From assembly GCA_038087875.1 (NCBI GenBank), contig CM075977.1, positions 372,868,001-372,932,000 on the forward strand: a stretch of DNA of 64,000 nucleotides. The letters run 5' to 3'. Both the position numbers and the translations under genes were made by a program. Source of the stretch: Malacoraja senta. Lineage: Eukaryota. Below the pieces are notes generated by a model that worked only from the letters and a program-made list of their open reading frames with translations, was not told the origin of the DNA and did not search any database. This document shows positions 61,064 to 64,000 of this stretch, piece by piece. Positions within the stretch are counted from its first letter, which is position 1; each line of letters starts with the position of its first letter.

Positions 61064-64000
61064 TGCATGCAAAAAGTGTTCTCTAGAGTTGAGAGAAACA
61101 AAATAGAGCTGCATAGTACTGGGTGCTTTTCACAGTTCAGGTGGGTACATTACAAAATTTCTCAAACATAGGATCGGAGTTGTTAAAATAATATGAGTAC
61201 CAGTTATCAAACAGGTACATTGATAGGACATGTTTGGAGGGATATGAATCAAAAGCAGACAGGTGGGACAGGTGTAGCTGGGACATGTTGGCCAGTTTGG
61301 GAAAGTTGGGCCGAAGGGCATGTTTATCATTCTATGACTCTATCTATGACTACTGAACTTGGATGATGATGTGTTGTTATGATCTACGATTTATCTTGGA
61401 TCATGTTTTTATTATTTTTTAAATTTATACTTATTTAATGGGGGGTTTTAAATCTGGGCAAGTGGAGGATTATAAAATATCTATATATTCTAGGTACAGT
61501 CTCCAAAATACAAATTTGTATAAATCTTTTCATTAAAATCACTAGCTTTGCGAAGACGCAGTACGGAATAGGTGAGGCTAATAACCGTTGTAAAATATGA
61601 AGCAAATTACTGTCACATTTGTTGCAGAAGGTAATATTTAAGTATGCAGATCAGATCAATTCTATAGCAACTCCCTAAAGGGCTGATTACGATGTAATAA
61701 TTGGGTATGATAGGAAGAGGAAGGCGACAATTCCATTTAATTGAGAACAATTTATTTTACTTAAAGTAAGTGTATCCCATCTGAATAAATTGTAAAAAAT
61801 TAGCAAACAGAGGAATTAATAGTTAATGGCAACGCAGCTGATACAACCAAGGAAATAAAGTCCCTTATTGATCCTTGTTTTCCTCTGCTATTTTTATTTC
61901 CCCATGTAAGTTTAATACAACATTAAGCCAGGCATTTCATAAAAGTCTTAGGGTTAATTGGTGGATAGGTTTAATCCGTTAATGGCATGGCAGCACTCAG
62001 GCCCTTTTAACTTGTTTCAGTCCTGAGAGAGAAAACTAGTTAGAGGTCCTGATCCTATTCATACTTCACTGACCTCTGCTGGAAATTAGACATGTGGAAA
62101 ACGGATGCGGCTTGAAACAACGCTAGTAATAATATTCCCTGCATTTAATCATCTGCAATAATGTGTTAACTTGGCAGAAATAGAAAATTGCCACTTGGTC
62201 AAGACACTGAGTGCAGAAAAGGAAATGGAAAGCAAATCAGCAAAATCACCCCCTTTTAGATCCTGTTTGTTCTGCACAACATAACACTGGATGGCTTACC
62301 TCAGTGTGTATTGTTTTTGGGTACAGTACACAAGGTGGAAGATAGTGCAGCATTTTTATCACATATTATAGTCCCTGCATCTAATGCAAAATCGTTTTTG
62401 AGTAATTTTCTTGTAGCTTTAAGTTTTCTGTGGAAAGAAAACAAATAAATTGCGATTCTGCAATAAATGTCACAATATCTGCACCTCACAAAATGTTTCT
62501 CATTCAATGAGGCCAAATTGTTCTCAGCCAGTATAGTCCCACAAATAACAATGATGAAAGTGATCTAATAACCTTCTCATGGAATCACAACAGAATGCTG
62601 AATTGATACACAATAGAATGCTGAGTATTGAAATCAGTTCTGGTATGAAGGGAAGGCTTATTCAAGTGCCAAAATAATGCCTCAGTTATGAAAGTAAACT
62701 GGACCTCTTCAAGACACTATGGAGATATTATTCAATAATATTTAAAAAAAAACAATATAAAAAGCATTAAATTCCAGGTTTGGTAGTGTAGTAAATACGG
62801 AAGATTTAAATTCTATGTGTTTTAATACATTTTGAAATTATTAAAATTAAGTTTTTTAGGTACAAAAGCATGGGTCTACAAGAACAGGCTATATAGATTT
62901 GGATGACCTTTTGCCGTATCTGAAACTGTAATTTGTTAGATTGATTTTTTAAACCTTGATATCTAACTAAAACTAAAATGGTGAGACCCTGGTGGAATCA
63001 TTGTACAAGTAATTTAATGAAATTAATGGAGATGTGTTTCATTTCTATGTCTCACCATGTGTATTGTAAACCTGGTCTCCCACTGAATATCCTCTATGTC
63101 AAAATCCTCAAGTGACACCATTTCAAAGTTGCCTAATGGTTATTTAATTAAAATATTTCTGACGAGAGAAAACGAAAAGCCAAGAGCAGAAGAGCTAATT
63201 TATCCCATACCACACTACCTCTTAAACTGTAATATTCTAGTGCATCTTTGTCTGGGCTGTGAGGTTAGGGTTAGAACCAATCCAACTGAATTGTTTTTGT
63301 GTTAAGCTTGCACTGACTTGATGGGCCAAGTAGCCTCTCTTTGATATTTTGCTAAAAACGATTATCTAATTTCCTTTGTAATTTTCAACCAACATAAAAT
63401 GATGTCAAATTCAACAGTTTTGGGCTTTATTTAGTGTACAGTGACTTTCAGTGCAGTGTTTATTATTTTTATAGATATTTCTGGGTCTCTCCCCAACACG
63501 TTTCTGACCTGTGGGGCTTTCTCACCAGTTCTGTGTGCAACAATTACCCTCCCCAGACATAGTGGTAATTCTGATTTCGCGAACTTTGGTTCTGTAGGCA
63601 GGGAGTTACAGGGAGCTGTGCACCAGTGCCCACACTGTGTTTCACTGATTTTATTTTTCCTTGCTTTTTATTCCGGTGGGGAAGAGGCTCCTGTTCATTG
63701 TCTCTCTCTGTGGATCAAACTAAGAATAGGAGTCTGCCACAAGTGGGAATGATGCAAACACATAACACCTAATGCAGTCCAAACATATAACACCTAAATC
63801 AATCAGTTCTCTCTTTCTAATTTTTTAATTTACATCAGTTTTAAATTCCCAATTCTTATTCTCTCAGATAGAATCTCAACACTAAAAATACTTTCTAATA
63901 TGTAAATATTTTATTTAATACTTTCCCACTGTATTAAGCAAAATATTTACTCATTAGAAAGTTGTAGAGTCTCCATGACTCTGACATTCTAATGAGTAAA

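Noticed and set aside
1-64000. Shared TCF4 exons (…KKVRKVPPGLPSS; VYAPS…), a TCF4-H-like first exon and the CTG repeat
   Set aside because: Looked for by eye and not found; presumably outside the window or not conserved.

Overview
AT-rich vertebrate genomic DNA, most likely from a cartilaginous fish (skate/ray-type repeats: HE1-like V-SINEs, CR1 LINEs, Penelope-derived palindromes). The only host coding sequence I can support is a 69-nt exon at 26389-26457 (+), too short for the ORF track. It encodes MYCAYTIPGMGGNSLMYYYNGKA followed by a GTAAGT donor, which is the alternative N-terminus of the short TCF4 (E2-2/ITF2) isoform TCF4-A. I did not see the flanking shared TCF4 exons, so the window appears to lie inside one very large TCF4 intron containing this internal promoter. 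The rest consists of: two inverted DD34E Tc1 elements; an internally deleted Gypsy LTR element with PBS, PPT and TSD; a young 5'-truncated CR1 with an open RT frame; several non-autonomous DNA transposons; SINEs; and about 20 short Penelope-derived elements carrying hammerhead-ribozyme cores. Repeat-free blocks around the TCF4 exon look like constrained regulatory DNA. The best leads are a second phase-0 candidate first exon (18801-18872) and the TSD-flanked hairpin/hammerhead elements in the TCF4 pre-mRNA. All alignments were done by eye.
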